A stretch of 60,000 nt of DNA from Mobula hypostoma (Eukaryota). The notes under the pieces were generated by a model, which was given only the letters and a program-made list of their open reading frames with translations, made no database searches and was not told the DNA's origin. The stretch covers positions 70,062,001 to 70,122,000 of the forward strand of contig NC_086108.1 in NCBI RefSeq assembly GCF_963921235.1, in the 5' to 3' direction. How positions within the stretch are numbered: the stretch's first letter is position 1; each line of letters begins with the position of its first letter. A program made the position numbers and the translations under genes. Shown one piece after another: positions 38,897 through 52,917 of this stretch.

Positions 38897-39374
38897 AAGC
38901 AATCATTCTTTTCATTTTGATAGAACACCAACCTGTTGAAGCAATATATAGAACTCTATATAATATTACACCTGTTAGTTGCAAGCAGGGATAAGTTGGG
39001 GGAAGGGTGAAATGAGAGAAAATTGTTAAGAAGGTTGTAATCTTCAAGGACTTGAGTACATAATCTAGGCTTAAACTTCAGTGTCACATCAAGTAAGCAC
39101 TCAATGTCAGATGCACCTCCTTTCTGATCAGTGTTAAATCAAATGACATTATACAAAGTTGGCTGCCTGATGGCTTGGTGCAGCCTTAGTGCTGTTTGCA
39201 GAAACCTACCCATTATGTAATTAACACTTTTGCTGACATTAGAGCAGTGACTACATTTTGGGCATGGGCTCAGGTGGCCTGGAAATGCATCAACAAATCA
39301 TAAGAATGCTGAAGAGGTGATTAAAAACTCAAGTTTCTTTAAATTAGCAGCTATGAGGATCAACAAATAGAGAT

Positions 39375-39922
39375 AGAACATGGAACATAGAAATCTACAG
39401 CACATTACAGGCCCTTCAGCCCACAATGTTAGCCGACCATGTAACCTACTCTAGGAACTGCCTAGAATTTCCCTACTGCATACCCCTCTATTTTTCTAAG
39501 CTCCATGTACCCATCTCTTAAAAGACCCTATTTTATCCGCTTCTACTACTGTCGCTGGCAGTGCATTCCATGCCATTCTCTGTGAAAAACTCACCTCTGA
39601 CATCCCTCTTGTATCTACTTTCAAGCACCTTAAAACTATGCCCCCTCATGTTAGCCACTTCAGCCCTGGAAAAAAGCCGCTGGCTATCCACATGATCAAT
39701 GCCTCTCATCATCTTACACACCTCTATCAGGTCACCTCTCATCCTCCGTTGCTCCAAAGAGAAAAGGTTAAGTTCTCTCAACCTATTCTCATAAGGCATG
39801 CTCTCCAATCCAGGCAAGGTCCTTGTAAATCTCCTCTGGACTCTCTCTAATGTACCCACATCCTTTCTGCAATAAGGTGACCAGAACTGAACACAGTGCT
39901 CCAAGTGGGGTCTTACTAAGGT
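39375..39922 (-). mobile_element. CR1 3' fragment
   Basis: EHCVQFWSPY..LERVQRRFTR..RMRGDLIE. Confidence 0.88.
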
Positions 39923-41839
39923 CAGTTTTCAAAATCTGAAAAATTTATCCAAGGCAGCTGTCCTGACCTAACAATATAGCCTCTTGAAACACCACTGTGA
40001 AATGAAGGATAGTGCCCTTGGAATTGAACAGATTGCCAAAAACTCAATTAACCCCAGAGTTTAAGGACTGAAGATCATTGCCAACAAAACAGTAGTTAAA
40101 TTCAAAGTTGATCAATAAAATTTGATTGTCCCAGAAAATATTTGGTCAAATGAAAATAAAAATGAACACCTCCAACCTGAACTCAAAATGCAAAGGAAAT
40201 TGTTTGTCCTGTTGTTTGTGCTATGATTGAACGGATGAGTTAATTGGTGATTGCTTTCAGTACAAAAAGCACAAAATAGATCTTTGAAGCATGCATTTAC
40301 ATCCACATGATCACATACATAACCCAACAAGCATAAAGCAGTGCCACCAGTTGGCATGAAACACATAAGAGCAGATGTGCCCAAGAGGTGCCACTCTCTA
40401 AGGCTTCTTAAAGGAGCAGATCCTGCGTGAAGTTAAATTGAGGAATCAGCTAAGCAAGACAACGAGGGAGTCTTCCCCAACTGCAGTTTACACCACATCT
40501 CCCCCAGAACTCCCAATATTTTTCAGGTGAGATCTTCTGAAGAGAAAAAATTTTCAATCAAATGTTCACTTCCTTCAGGGTTGGAGAAGCATGGTTCCCT
40601 GACTATCTTCTTGTTATCTTACCATGAGCTCACCCAAATCCACTTCACTTCGTCCAAATACAATTCCCACTGAAGTCTTTTGCCTTTAACTCAAACCATG
40701 GAGAGATTCAGTGCAAAGAAGTTCATGACCCAAATGCTGTGAGACTCCTGAAATTATAAGCAATCAATATAAATAATCCTGGAGATTACAGATATTTTTA
40801 GTTTATACTTCATTCGAATTTAAAACCTGTAAAGTAATGCACAAATGGAAACTATGTTCCATGTTCTCATATGAAATCAGCATGAGCCACAGATATAGTG
40901 CTTTTTTGTCAGATATTTCAATGAACATGCGATTTCTAAAACATCATATATTTTCATTGTGGTATCAACAAAGCACATTGACCAAATTTTTATTTCCCAA
41001 GTGCGTACGGAAATCATGAAATTGTTTTGCTAATTTTAGTCATAGCAACTCCTCAGTAACATTAGCACTGATTAAACCCCAGGGAGATGTGTTAACTATA
41101 CCCTATACTTAGTAAACAGGTGATACATGCCTGCAAGGTGGAGCAGGTTTCCAATCTCACAGAGACAGAATGCCGTCGGCTTACAAAGCCGCCACCTTTT
41201 ACAGCAGTCAGGATTAGATCAATGATGATCAGGACTGTTCAAAAGCAATCTACAGCTTAGACTAAAAATAAGTCGAGGAAACATACAAATCTTGCGACAT
41301 TTTGTAACAATGTAGTGGTAATAAACATCAAAATAATACAAATATCAAATAAAAATAGAAAATAATGGAAATATACAGCAGCACATGACAATACATTTCA
41401 GATGTGTCCGATTATGCACGCTAATCTGAAATGCAATAACCTTTTTTTTAAGATGCTAACTGAACTTCCAAATATTTTTGTTTTCTCAGGCTGCTGTGCT
41501 CAGTCAAGTCAATTGCAAACTGAGGTAACTAGTAACATTAATTATAGGAAAAAAAATTATAAAGGTGTCATGCAATTTTAACAGATTTTCCATTGTCTTA
41601 AATCTCATAGCTTATCCATTCCTGGGGCAGCCAAATCTACCAATCCAGATTTTGCTATGCTTTAACGTGAAAATCATGATTGGACAATGATAATGACTTG
41701 CTCCTCAAATCCGCTTTTAAACTCCTCCCACTCACCTTCACCTATGCCTAGCTAGACTGATAGACAAAGGATCAAACAATTAATAAAGGATCCAACTCAT
41801 AAACTGGGAAATTTCCCCGCTGAATTCGCACAAGGTTAC

Positions 41840-42500
41840 AGTCACAGAGCTATACAACAGCACAGAAACAAGGTCCTTCAACCCACAATATCTATGCCAG
41901 CATTTCTGCCCATCTACAGCAATCCCAATTGTCTGGATTGGGACCATATTCTTGTATGCCTTAACTTTTCAAGTGCCTGTCTAAATGATCCTTAAACTAG
42001 AGATGGCATCCCATTCCATTACCTCCTATGGCAGTAAGTTCTGGATATCAATTACTCTCTGTGAAAAACAAAACTTATGCCACCATTTCCTTTAAATACT
42101 CTTCCCACTCACCTTAACTTATGTCCCATTGCTTTTGATATCCCTACAATGGGGAGAAGATTCTGAATATCTACCATATCTATACCTCTTAGGGTTTTGG
42201 ACACCTCTATACCAGTTCATCCTTCAGTCTCCTTCATTCAAGGGAAAACAAACACAACCTACCAATCTACCCCATATCAGAAGCCACCCCCCCCTCAACT
42301 CAAGCACCATTCTGGTGAGCTTCCCCTGCATTCTCTCCAGTGCAACCAAAGCCTTCCTAAAGTGTGGCCCCCATAACTGCAAACAATATTCCACTGTTTT
42401 GTAAAGCAGCAGCATTCTGTTCCAAGTTTTATATTCAATTCCCTGAGCTATGACGACAAGCACATGTTCTTCATGACCCCCATCTACCTGTGTGAACACT
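41840..42500 (-). mobile_element. Decayed CR1 3' fragment
   Basis: EYCLQLWGPHFRKALVALERMQGKLTRM. Confidence 0.75.
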
Positions 42501-43733
42501 GAATACAAAGAAGGAAACTGTGGCTGGGAGAACTCCCTTGCTTTATCCCTCTTCACATGAACAAAAATGAATTACTCTCTGACTGGCTGTACTGCACTAC
42601 AGAAATAATTTAAAATCAATTCAGTTGACAGAATACAAGAGAAATGTTTGGTGCAAGGCTTTCAAGATTAACAAACATTTGCTGCATGTCACAGGTTTTT
42701 CTAATGATGGATTTGTGCAAAACCATCTCACAACAACGCTATCCTTGGTGTAAATTGGATGCGAAGACCCAGCTGAGGCAGCAATCTACACTTACTCCAG
42801 AAGACTAAATTTGCACTCTGATTGCACTGCCACTGTGAAGCAAAACCTCTTAAACTTGATAGTATAAATGCTCCCTTGCTGCTTTTAAATGGAATTGATT
42901 TCAGTCTGTGTATTTTGTCTGCAACCTCTTAACTATTTTTAAAATATTATTTTGACCTTTTAATAGGCTTTGAATGTTTCCAAAAAGACATTGACAAAGG
43001 TATAATCTCAATGATTGTTTGGACAGGGATACTGGGCCATTCTGGAAGTGGAGCCGGTCACACACTTGGAAACCCTGGGCTACACTGGGCCTGCTAACAG
43101 ACAGCTTCTCAATGAAGAAATTGTATGGTCCCAGGAAAGGCAAGCTTGGGAGCACACCGACGAGTGAAGAATCATGCCTACTGAAGAATCATGCCCAGTG
43201 AAGTATTAGCCACAAGGAGGTCAGCAGATTAGGAAGGCATTTCAAAGCACAAAGCTCACTAAGTACAAGTTGCCACCTCAGCCTCCATAACTGCCCAATC
43301 ACTAGATCGCCAGCTGACCAAACTGTCACTGAAATTAAACTACTGAGATTTTGGATGGCTTTACACAAAAGGAAGGCTCTGTATGAAGAAAATGAGGAGG
43401 AGAGAATTCAAGGAAGTGGGGCTGAGGAAGTTGTTGATACAGTTGGCAATGGTGGAAGTCAGTGGAATAGAGAGAGTTTGTGGAGCTCCAGCAAGTCAAC
43501 AAGAATTGGAGTTCTGGACAATTGGAACAGAGAGTGATAGGATGCATGCAGCAAACAAAGAGGCTTGTAAGTTTGCTAGAAGCAGCAGTAGCTCGAGGAT
43601 TAGCAATATTTTATAATTCAAAGGAAGACCAAGCAAATCAGAGAAAGGGAATGTATGATATATGAGAAAAGATGAGTGAGAAAGATAGAAAGCATGTCTG
43701 TAAGAGCTTCTGTAGGAATGTAAGAAGGAAGAC

Positions 43734-45831
43734 AACAATTGTTCATCCCAGTTTGGCAAAAGAATAAATCAAGGAAGGTAGTGCACCCTTGGCTGACAAG
43801 GGAAATTAGGGATAGTATCAATTCCAAAGAAGAAGTATACAAATTAGCCAGAAAAAATGGCTCACCTGAGGACTGGGAGAAATTCAGAGTTCAGCAGAGG
43901 AGGACAAAGGGCTTAATTAGGAAAGGGAAAAAAAGATTATGAGAGAAAACTGTCAGGGAACATAAAAACTGACTGTAAAAGCTTTTATAGATATGTGAAA
44001 AGAAAAAGATTGGTTAAGACAAATGTAGGTCCCCTACAGACAGAAACAGGTGAATTGATTATAGGGAGCAAGGACATGGCAGACCAATTGAATAATTACT
44101 TTGGTTCTGTCTTCACTAAGGAGGACATAAATAATCTTCCAGAAATAGTAGGGGACAGAGGGTCCAGTGAGATGGAGGAACTGAGCGAAATACATGTTAG
44201 TAGGGAAGTGGTGTTAGGTAAATTGAAGGGATTAAAGGCAGATAAATCCCCAGGGCCAGATGGTCTGCATCCCAGAGTGCTTAAGGAAGTAGCCCAAGAA
44301 ATAGTGGATGCATTAGTGATAATTTTTCAAAACTCTCTAGATTCTGGAATAGTTCCTGAGGATTGGAGGGTGGCTAATGTAACCCCACTTTTTAAAAAAA
44401 GAGGGAGAGAGAAACCAGGGAATTATAGACCGGTTAGCCTAACATCGGTGGTGGGGAAACTGCTAGAGTCAGTTATCAAAGATGTGATAACAGCACATTT
44501 GGAAAGCAGTGAAATCATCGGACAAAGTCAGCGTGGATTTGTGAAAGGAAAATCATGTCTGACGAATCTCATAGAATTTTTTGAGGATGTAACTAGTAGA
44601 GTGGATAGGGGAGAACCAGTGGATGTGGTATATTTGGATTTTCAAAAGGCTTTTGACAAGGTCCCACACAGGAGATTAGTGTGCAAACTTAAAGCACACG
44701 GTATTGGGGGTAAGGTATTGATGTGGATAGAGAATTGGTTGGCAGACAGGAAGCAAAGAGTGGGAATAAACAGGACCTTTTCAGAATGGCAGGCAGTGAC
44801 TAGTGGGGTACCGCAAGGCTCAGTGCTGGGACCCCAGTTGTTTACAATATATATTAATGACTTGGATGAGGGAATTAAATGCAGCATCTCCAAGTTTGTG
44901 GATGACACGAAGCTGGGCGGCAGTGTTAGCTGTGAGGAGGATGCTAAGAGGATGCAGGGTGACTTGGATAGGTTAAGGTGAGTGGGCAAATTCATGGCAG
45001 ATGCAATTTAATGTGGATAAATGTGAAGTTATCTACTTTGGTGGCAAAAACAGGAAAACAGATTATTATCTGAATGGTGGCCGATTAGGAAAAGGGGAGG
45101 TGCAACGAGACCTGGGTGTCATTATACACCAGTCATTGAAAGTGGGCATGCAGGTACAGCAGGCAGTGAAAAAGGCGAATGGTATGCTGGCATTTATAGC
45201 AAGAGGATTCAAGTACAGGAGCAGGGAGGTACTACTGCAGTTGTACAAGGCCTTGGTGAGACCACACCTGGAGTATTGTGTGCAGTTTTGGTCCCCAAAT
45301 CTGAGGAAAGACATCCTTGCCATAGAGGGAGTACAAAGAAGGTTCACCAGATTGATTCCTGGGATGGCAGAACTTTCATATGATGAAAGACTGGATGAAC
45401 TAGGCTTATACTCATTGGAATTTAGAAGATTGAGGGGGGATCTGATTGAAACGTATAAAATCCTAAAGGGATTGGACAGGCTAGATGCAGGAAGATTGTT
45501 CCCGATGTTGGGGAAGTCCAGAACGAGGGGTCACAATTTGAGGATAAAGGGGAAGCCTTTTAGGACCGAGATTAGGAAAAACTTCTTCACACAGCGAGTG
45601 GTGAATCTGTGGAATTCTCTGCCACAGGAAACAGTTGAGGCCAGTTCATTGGCTATATTTAAGAGGGAGTTAGATATGGCCCTTGTGGCTAAAGGGATCA
45701 GGGGGTATCGAGGGAAGGCTGGTACAGGGTTCTGAGTTGGATGATCAGCCATGATCATACTGAATGGCAGTGCAGGCTTGAAGGGCCGAATGGCCTACTC
45801 CTGCACCTATTTTCTATGTTTCTATGTTTCT
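43734..45831 (+). mobile_element. Young 5'-truncated CR1 LINE with near-intact RT
   Basis: ORFs 43995-44981 and 45001-45735 joined by a frameshift near 44976; [17 protein letters not shown]; (ttctatgt)n tail; TSD aagac at 43729-43733 and 45832-45836. Confidence 0.96.
43995..45735 (+). pseudogene. CR1 ORF2 reverse transcriptase (frameshifted)
   Basis: [45 protein letters not shown]. Confidence 0.93.
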
Positions 45832-46715
45832 AAGACTGCTGAGGATGTACATGGGTGTCACATTTAAAATAGAGGAAATTTATTTACATAATATCACCTC
45901 ATGAGAAAACTCATGACCATTTTCAAAATAAAAAAATCCCTTCCTCTTCTCTTTTCCATTTTTCATTGAAGAGGAAGGGACACAAAATCTAGACATGCAT
46001 TGTTTGTCATTGCCATTTATCACCATTTTCCAGAGGGTGCATGGGCTGAGGTTGAATTTCTATCAACATACTCACCTCCAACTCTCTATCTGATCCAGGG
46101 AAGAGATAGTCCTCAACTATGGAGGATCTTCATAACTCTCACAAATGATAATCCCCAAGAAAAGTGTTTGAGGAGGATCAGATATCAGCTTTTTGTTAAA
46201 CACATGTTCCTCAACATGTAGGCCACTTCACTGGGGTTGAAGGAAACATAACAGTATTACTTACACAACTACAATTTTAAAACTAAAATGTGTTGGCTTG
46301 AATCGTGTTTAATAGGGCTTTAAGCTTCAATGTGTGTGTGGCTTTTCAGCTGACGATATTGATCCTGGTGGACAGAGCATTTTTTGTTTTCCTTTGGCAT
46401 TGGCACCAGTTTGTTCAGAAATGCAAACTAGCAAAGTCATTTTACAACTTATTTACCATTTGTGTTTCCATTTTTGAATTTTAGATGTTGATAATGAAAG
46501 GACAGATCAGGAAAAGCAGCAAAATAAAAATCCAATACAACGATTTGTTTTAAAAATGAACTGTGCAGTTGAGATCACATTAAATACTGCTTTATTCCTT
46601 TCATATTCTTTGTGAATTAATTTGCAGTCTGATGTGAACCCCTGCCGAAATCCTAGGATCTATCCCAATCAATGCTGAATTAACACAACATTGCCACAAG
46701 TAATTACTTATAGCT

Positions 46716-48030
46716 CACAAACAGGAGAAAATCCGTAGATGCTGGAAATCCGAGCAGCACACTCAAAATGCTGGAGGAGCTCAGCAGGCCAGGCAGCATC
46801 TGTTGAAAAAAGTACCGTCAATGTTTCAGACCGAGACCCTTCGGCAGGACTGGGGGAGAAAAGCTGAGGAGTAGATTTGAAAGGTGAGGGGAGGGGAGAG
46901 AGGACCACCAAGTGATAGGTGAAACCTGGAGGGGGAGGAATGACGTAAAGAGCTGGGAAGTTGCTTAGTGAGATGAGGTGAGAGACGGAAAAGGGGAAGA
47001 GAAATGGAGAAGGGGAGGGGGTTGGGGGCATTACCAGAAGTTTGAGAAATCAATGTTCATGCTATCAGGTTGGAGGCTACCCAAAAGGAATATAAGGTGT
47101 TGTTCCTTCAACCTAAATGTGGCCTTATCACGACTGTGGAGGAGACCATGGATGGACATATTGGAATTGGAATGGGAATGGGAAGTGGAATTAAAATGGT
47201 TGGCCATCGGGAGATCCCGCTTGTTCTGGCATATGGAGCGTAAATGCTCGACGAAGTAGTCTCCCAATTTACGTTGGGTCTCACCGACATACAGGAAACC
47301 ACACAGGGAGCACCGGATATAGTAGAGAGGCCCTAACAGACTAACAGGTGAAGTGTTGCCTCACCTGGAAGGACTGTTTAGGGCCCTGAATGGTAGTGAG
47401 AGAGGTGGTGTACAGGCAGGTGTGGCACTTGTTCCACTTGCAAGGATAAGGGCCAGGAGGGGATCAGCAGGGAGGGACAAATGGATAAGGGAGTCGCATA
47501 GGGAGTGATCCCTGCAGAAAGCAGAAAGTGGGGGGGAGGGAAAGACAGTGGTGGGATCCCGATGGAGGTGGTGGAAGTTTCAGAGAATTATGTGCTGGAT
47601 GCAGAGGCTGGTGGGGTGCTAGGTGAGGACAAAAGGAACCCTATCCCTGGTAGGGTGACGGAGGATGGGGTAAAAGCAGATGTATGTGAAGTGGAAGAGA
47701 TGTGGTTGAGGGCAGCGTTGATGGTGGAGGAAGGGAAGCCCCTTTCTTTGAAAAAGGAGGACATCTCCTTTGTTCTAGAATGCATAGCCTCATCCTGAGA
47801 GCAGATGCAGTGGAGATGGAGGAATTGAGAAAAGGGGATGGCACTTTTACAAGTAGTAGGGTGGGATGAAGTGTAGTCTAGGTAGTTGTGAGAGTCTGTG
47901 GGTTTGTAATAGACATCAGTGGATAAGGTGTCTCTGGAGATAGAGACAGTAAGATTGAGAAAGGGAAGGGAAGAGAAGTGTGAGAAATGGACTCCAGGTG
48001 AATTTGACAGCAGGGTGGAAGTTGGAGCTA
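46716..48030 (-). mobile_element. PLE, longest copy here (RT thumb/linker, GIY-YIG, pLTR)
   Basis: EMSSFFKERGFPSSTI; EHLRSICQNKRDLPMANHFNS..EQHLIFLLGSLQP; core ctgccga..gaaacatt; TSD ttacttatagct/ttacttttagct at 46704-46715 and 48033-48044. Confidence 0.9.
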
Positions 48031-48076
48031 AGTTACTTTTAGCTATCCATACTTAAGAAGTTAAACTAGAATTATT

Positions 48077-48192
48077 AACAAGAGAAAATCTGCAGATGCT
48101 GGAAATCCAAGCACAAAATGCTGGAGAAACTCTATGGAAAAAAGTACGGTCAACATTTTGGGCCGAGACCTTTCAATAGGATTGGAGAAATA
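48077..48192 (-). mobile_element. Solo PLE pLTR, degenerate
   Basis: aacaagagaaaatctgcagatgctggaaatcc...gggccgagacc. Confidence 0.75.
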
Positions 48193-48769
48193 AAACTAGA
48201 ATCATTGCCTGATTGCTACTGAATAATTCCTTCTTGAAGATGTACATGTAGCTTATGCACAGATGCAAGCTTGGCTCAACTAAGATGTCCCTGTAGCTGA
48301 ACTGTACTGCAATATTTACCCCCGGTATTTACATTCATATATTTGATGCAGTGCATGGGAACCCAATGAACATGCAGAAGACACTTAGAAGAAGCAATCT
48401 GAAAAAAGTAGCAATGAATTTCATGCAACAAGTGTCAACTCCATTTTTCAGGCCTCCTAACTTACAATGCATTTGCTTTTCCAGAAATGCCTTCATTTCC
48501 TTCATTAAACTCCCCAAGAATGCCATACCTTGAGAACACCGAATCATGCAAGCATCTTCAATAAGCTATCAAGAACATTCATATTTACATAATACCAGTA
48601 AAATGCCAAGATGTACATTCCTTTGGGCACAATACCACATCTTGATGCTTAAATTGTTGTAATCACTGAGAAATTACTAGTTTGTATGGTGGTTGTTAAA
48701 TATACTGTAGCACTTTAACAGAACTTGAGTCAGTAAAGTAAGCTGATATAAATCATTTTAGTTCAAAGC

Positions 48770-49070
48770 TTTATTTATTTAGAGATACAGCACAATAAAA
48801 AGCCTTTCTGGCCCAACGAGCCCACACTGCCCTATTACACCCGTGTGACCAATTAATCGAATAATCCACAGGTCTTTTGAACATTGGCAGAAAAGAGAGT
48901 ATGTGGAACAAACTCGCACAGTAATGGGGAGAATGTACGAACTCTCACAGTAACGGGGAGAATGTACAAACTCACACAGTAACGGGGAGAATGTAAGAAC
49001 TCCTAACGGATGGTGGTGGAATTGAACCCACGTTGCTGGCACTGTAATCGTGTCAGGCTAAACACAACAC
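48770..49070 (-). mobile_element. V-SINE with internal 29-bp triplication
   Basis: Reverse complement of a 18995-19282-type SINE; aactc.cacagtaa.ggggagaatgta.. three times at 48911-48997. Confidence 0.82.
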
Positions 49071-49257
49071 GACTTAGTCTGGACAACAAACTACTCTGAC
49101 AAACAACACTCAGTTTGAGTCTGCATTAATTATTGTCTAAATATTGCAAATGAGAGTATCCTATATTCAACTATCCTGAATGATTACTTTCTATACAAGC
49201 TTTCCATAAGAGGCACATGTGCTTTCAGAAATTTTTAATTTACTTATATACTGCCAG

Positions 49258-49464
49258 CACTGTTCCATCTGAGCTGCACAGGTGTGCAGCCACGCAGTAA
49301 CTGAAATGCTCTTGCGCACACAGTCTTTGTTCCTGCACAAATGGAATTTTCTTTCATATAATGTTCTATTAAAGTGCCGCACAGTTTTCAAGCCCTGTAA
49401 ATTATTTCCTGCTCACAGCAATAGCTGGTCTGCACAGCTGTAAAAAAAATTAGAGGGAACATTG
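49258..49464. mobile_element. hAT-type MITE
   Basis: TIRs cactgttccatctga / ttagagggaacattg; degenerate 8-bp TSD actgccag/accgcaag. Confidence 0.75.
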
Positions 49465-49515
49465 ACCGCAAGGCAAATGCATTATTTTCAGGGTGCCTGA
49501 GCTCCATAAAATGCA

Positions 49516-49599
49516 AGCATAGTATCATTGCAATAGGTTTTGCTTCATTGTTGCAATGTACAAATTGATAGCATTTAGATAGTTCAGGAACCAAAGATT
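49516..49599 (+). repeat. 84-bp dispersed direct repeat, copy 1 (copy 2 at 51250-51333)
   Basis: Five mismatches and no indels between the copies. Confidence 0.9.
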
Positions 49600-50332
49600 A
49601 ACCTTTCCTAGTTCTATTGATTCATAAATCAGGAGGTCTCATGTGCTGCTTCAAAGGGCAAACTATGGCTTCTTTTTAAATAACATATATTGTTTTAAAC
49701 TATTTTCCAGTGTATAAAAACACAATTTCTTTGTTGATATATCTACCTAATTAACACTTAATTTGATAGAAATCCCTAAATTTATGCATATTATAATATT
49801 TAAATATAATTGATTAACTTGCATATAAGGAAACTGAGCAGGTTTGAGGTATTGTCTCTGAGAATTCTGCATTAATCTACCAAAACAAGTATTTTCTTTG
49901 TACCTGACCAAGAATATCAGATTAATTTTTTACCAGATACATTGAATGGTTGAATGCAATATGAAAATGTACCAATTACATAAACAAATCTATATCATGT
50001 GGATCAAAATACCAATAGAATTTTGACCATTACTACTGTCCAATATTTTTTCTTATGTTACTAAAAACAGGAATATGAATAAGCTAGAAGACTGCTTAAA
50101 TTTGTTCTTGCATTAAAAAAGATAATGGCTAGAATTCAATTAGAGCTCTAGATTCCTTAATTCCTTCAGCAGCCAAGAATCTATTTACTTAAGAATTAAA
50201 TATATTCACAACTCCAAGGTTGAGAGTCTCAAAGATACTAACCCTGAGTGAAGCAATTTGTCAGCATCTTTGAAAGAAGAGCTAATCTTGAACCTTGACC
50301 ACCTCCTTGAACTTCTAGTGACTTTTGACAAT

Positions 50333-51141
50333 TTACAGGGCTACGGTAGGAAACTTAGTCACATGGTGCGAGCAGAATTATCTGCAGCTTGATGTGAAAA
50401 AGACTAAGGAGCTGGTGGTAGACCTGAGGAGAGCTAAGCTATCGGTGACCCCTGTTTCCATCCAGGGGGTCAGTGTGGACATGGTGGAGGATTACAAATA
50501 CCTGGGGATACGAATTGACAATAAACTGGACTGGTCAAAGAACACTGAGGTTGTCTACAAGAAGGGTCAGAGCCGTCTCTATTTCCTGAGGAGACTGAGG
50601 TCCTTTAACATCTGCCAGACGACGCTGAGGATGTTCTACGAGTCTGTGGTGGCCAGTGCAATCATGTTTACTGTTGTGTGCTGGGATAGCAGGCTGAGGG
50701 TAGCAGACACCAACAGAATCAACAAACTCATTCATAAGGCCAGTGATGTTGTGGGGATGGAACTGGACTCTCTGACAGTGGTGTCTGAAAAGAGGATGCT
50801 GTCCAAGTTGCATGCCATCTTGGACAATGTCTCCCATCCACTACATAATGTACTGGTTGGGCACAGGAGTACATTCAGCCAGAGACTCATTCCACCGAGA
50901 TGCAACACAGAGCGTCATAGGAAGTCATTCCTGCCTGTGGCCATCAAACTTTACAACTCCTCCCTTGGAGGGTCAGACACCCTGAGCCAATAGGCTAGTC
51001 CTGGACTTATTTCCTGGCATAATTTACAAATTACTATTTAACTAATTATGGTTTTATTACTATTTTTTATTTATGGTGCAACTGTAACGAAAACCAATTT
51101 CCCCCGGGATCAATAAAGTATGACTATGACTATGAGTATGA
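50333..51141 (+). mobile_element. Young Rex1 LINE 3' end with uninterrupted ORF
   Basis: ORF 50325-50993 KTKELVVDLR..YKYLG..KKGQSRLYFLRRLRSF..SFLPVAIKLYN; AATAAA and (tatgac)n tail. Confidence 0.92.
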
Positions 51142-52029
51142 CAACGCATCCTTTCATTGCCATGTTTCTAAACAATGCACAAATTATGAAGGCCATTAAA
51201 TTCAGTATTATTTTAGCAGTGTATGGACCAAATATCACTGCATAATATTAGCATAATATTATTGCAATAGGTTTTGCTTCATTGTTGCAATGTACAAGTT
51301 AATAGCATTTAAATAGTTCAGGAACCAAAGATTTATCCAACAAAGGATTTGAGACTTTAATATCAAACTGACAAAGGCACTACAGCTTCAATGAAGTAAC
51401 TAAAAGTAGAAATTCAAATCAGTGCTGATTTAGGAAATATGGATAACACTGGATAACACAAATCAGAGCAGATTTGTGAAAAATATATGCTAATCAAGCA
51501 CATTTACATGCATCCTGGAAAAAACCCTGCAAATGCATTTGCAAATTAAACAAAGTGCAAATATTCTTCACGCTTTGATCTTCCATAACAAAATATAGAC
51601 TGTAATGTGTCCTCTCTTTACACTTCTCCCACATCACCCTCCTGCCCATTTCACCCGAAATATTTTTGCCTCCCTCCTTAAGAATAACAGTGCAATGTCT
51701 GCTCTCTTTAATTCTTTACACTTAAACACATTTTAAATTTGATTTAATTGGCTTTTTTATTTTTACCACGATTTTAAAAATCCTGTTCTCATGTAATCGT
51801 TGCCTGCAGGGTTATCCTGTGATAACGGTAAAATTCAAAACCAAATTGTTGCAAATACCTGAAATCTAAAACAAAAGCTGAAAATTCTGGAAATACTTAG
51901 CAGATCAAGCTGAATCAGTAATCACAGAAATAAAATCATCGTTTCATGCCAATAGCATGCTAAAGGCCTTTATATATCTATTTGATGACATGTGCCAAAC
52001 TGACTTAGTTGAATAATTCTCAGTGTGAA

Positions 52030-52570
52030 TCATAGATTTGTACAACACAAAAATGAGGTCTTTCGACCAACTGAGCCTTTGCCAACTTTTCCTCCATCTA
52101 CATTAATCAATTTGCCCACATTAAAATTATACCCTTCACGGCAACAACTAATGGAATGCCTACTGAAATGCTTCTTAAAATTGTAACTGTACCCAATTCT
52201 ACCATCTTCTCTGACATGCATTCCAGTTATCAACCACTAAGATCCCCTTTAAACCTTAAAACCATACCCCCTCCACCCTCTAGTTTTTGATATCCTTACC
52301 ATACTATTTATGCTCATTTTGCCTCTCAAAATCTTACTTACTATCAGGTGACTCCTCAGCCCCTCTTGCTCTAGGGGAAACAAGTCATCAAACTTCTCCT
52401 CCAGATTAGGCAACATCTGGAGAATGTCTTCTGCACCCTTTCCAGTGCAATTCCATCCTTCTTGTAGCTTGGCACACACAATAATCTATGTAAGCAAACC
52501 AGTGTTTTGCAAAGTCGCAACACAACATTTAAACTGTCATATTCTATGACCTGAGCTACGAAAGCAAGTT
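52030..52570 (-). mobile_element. Decayed CR1 3' fragment
   Basis: Residual CR1 tail and C-terminal similarity. Confidence 0.6.
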
Positions 52571-52575
52571 CAAAG

Positions 52576-52908
52576 GGCAGCGCAGTAGCATAGCAGCTCA
52601 GGCTTCACAGTGCGACCAACCACTGATTGAGGTTCAATTCCTACTGCTGTCTGTAAGGAATTTATACATTCTTCTCATGATGGTATGGGTTTCCTCCAGA
52701 TACTTTGCTTTCCTCCCACATTCTGGAGATGTACAGTTGGAGTTGGTGAGTTGTAGAAATGCTACGTTGGCAGCAGAAGCATGTCGACACCTGAGGGCGG
52801 CCCCGAGCACAAACCGTGATCTACGTTGGCTGTTTACACACACAAATGGCACATTTCACCCTATGTTTCGATGTACCCGTGGCAAATAAAGCTAATCTTT
52901 CATCTTTA
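52576..52908 (+). mobile_element. V-SINE with a different 3' tail
   Basis: tRNA-like head (ggttcaattcc), V-domain gggtttcctccag..ttcctcccaca, tail aataaagctaatcttt. Confidence 0.8.
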
Positions 52909-52917
52909 TCAATATAC

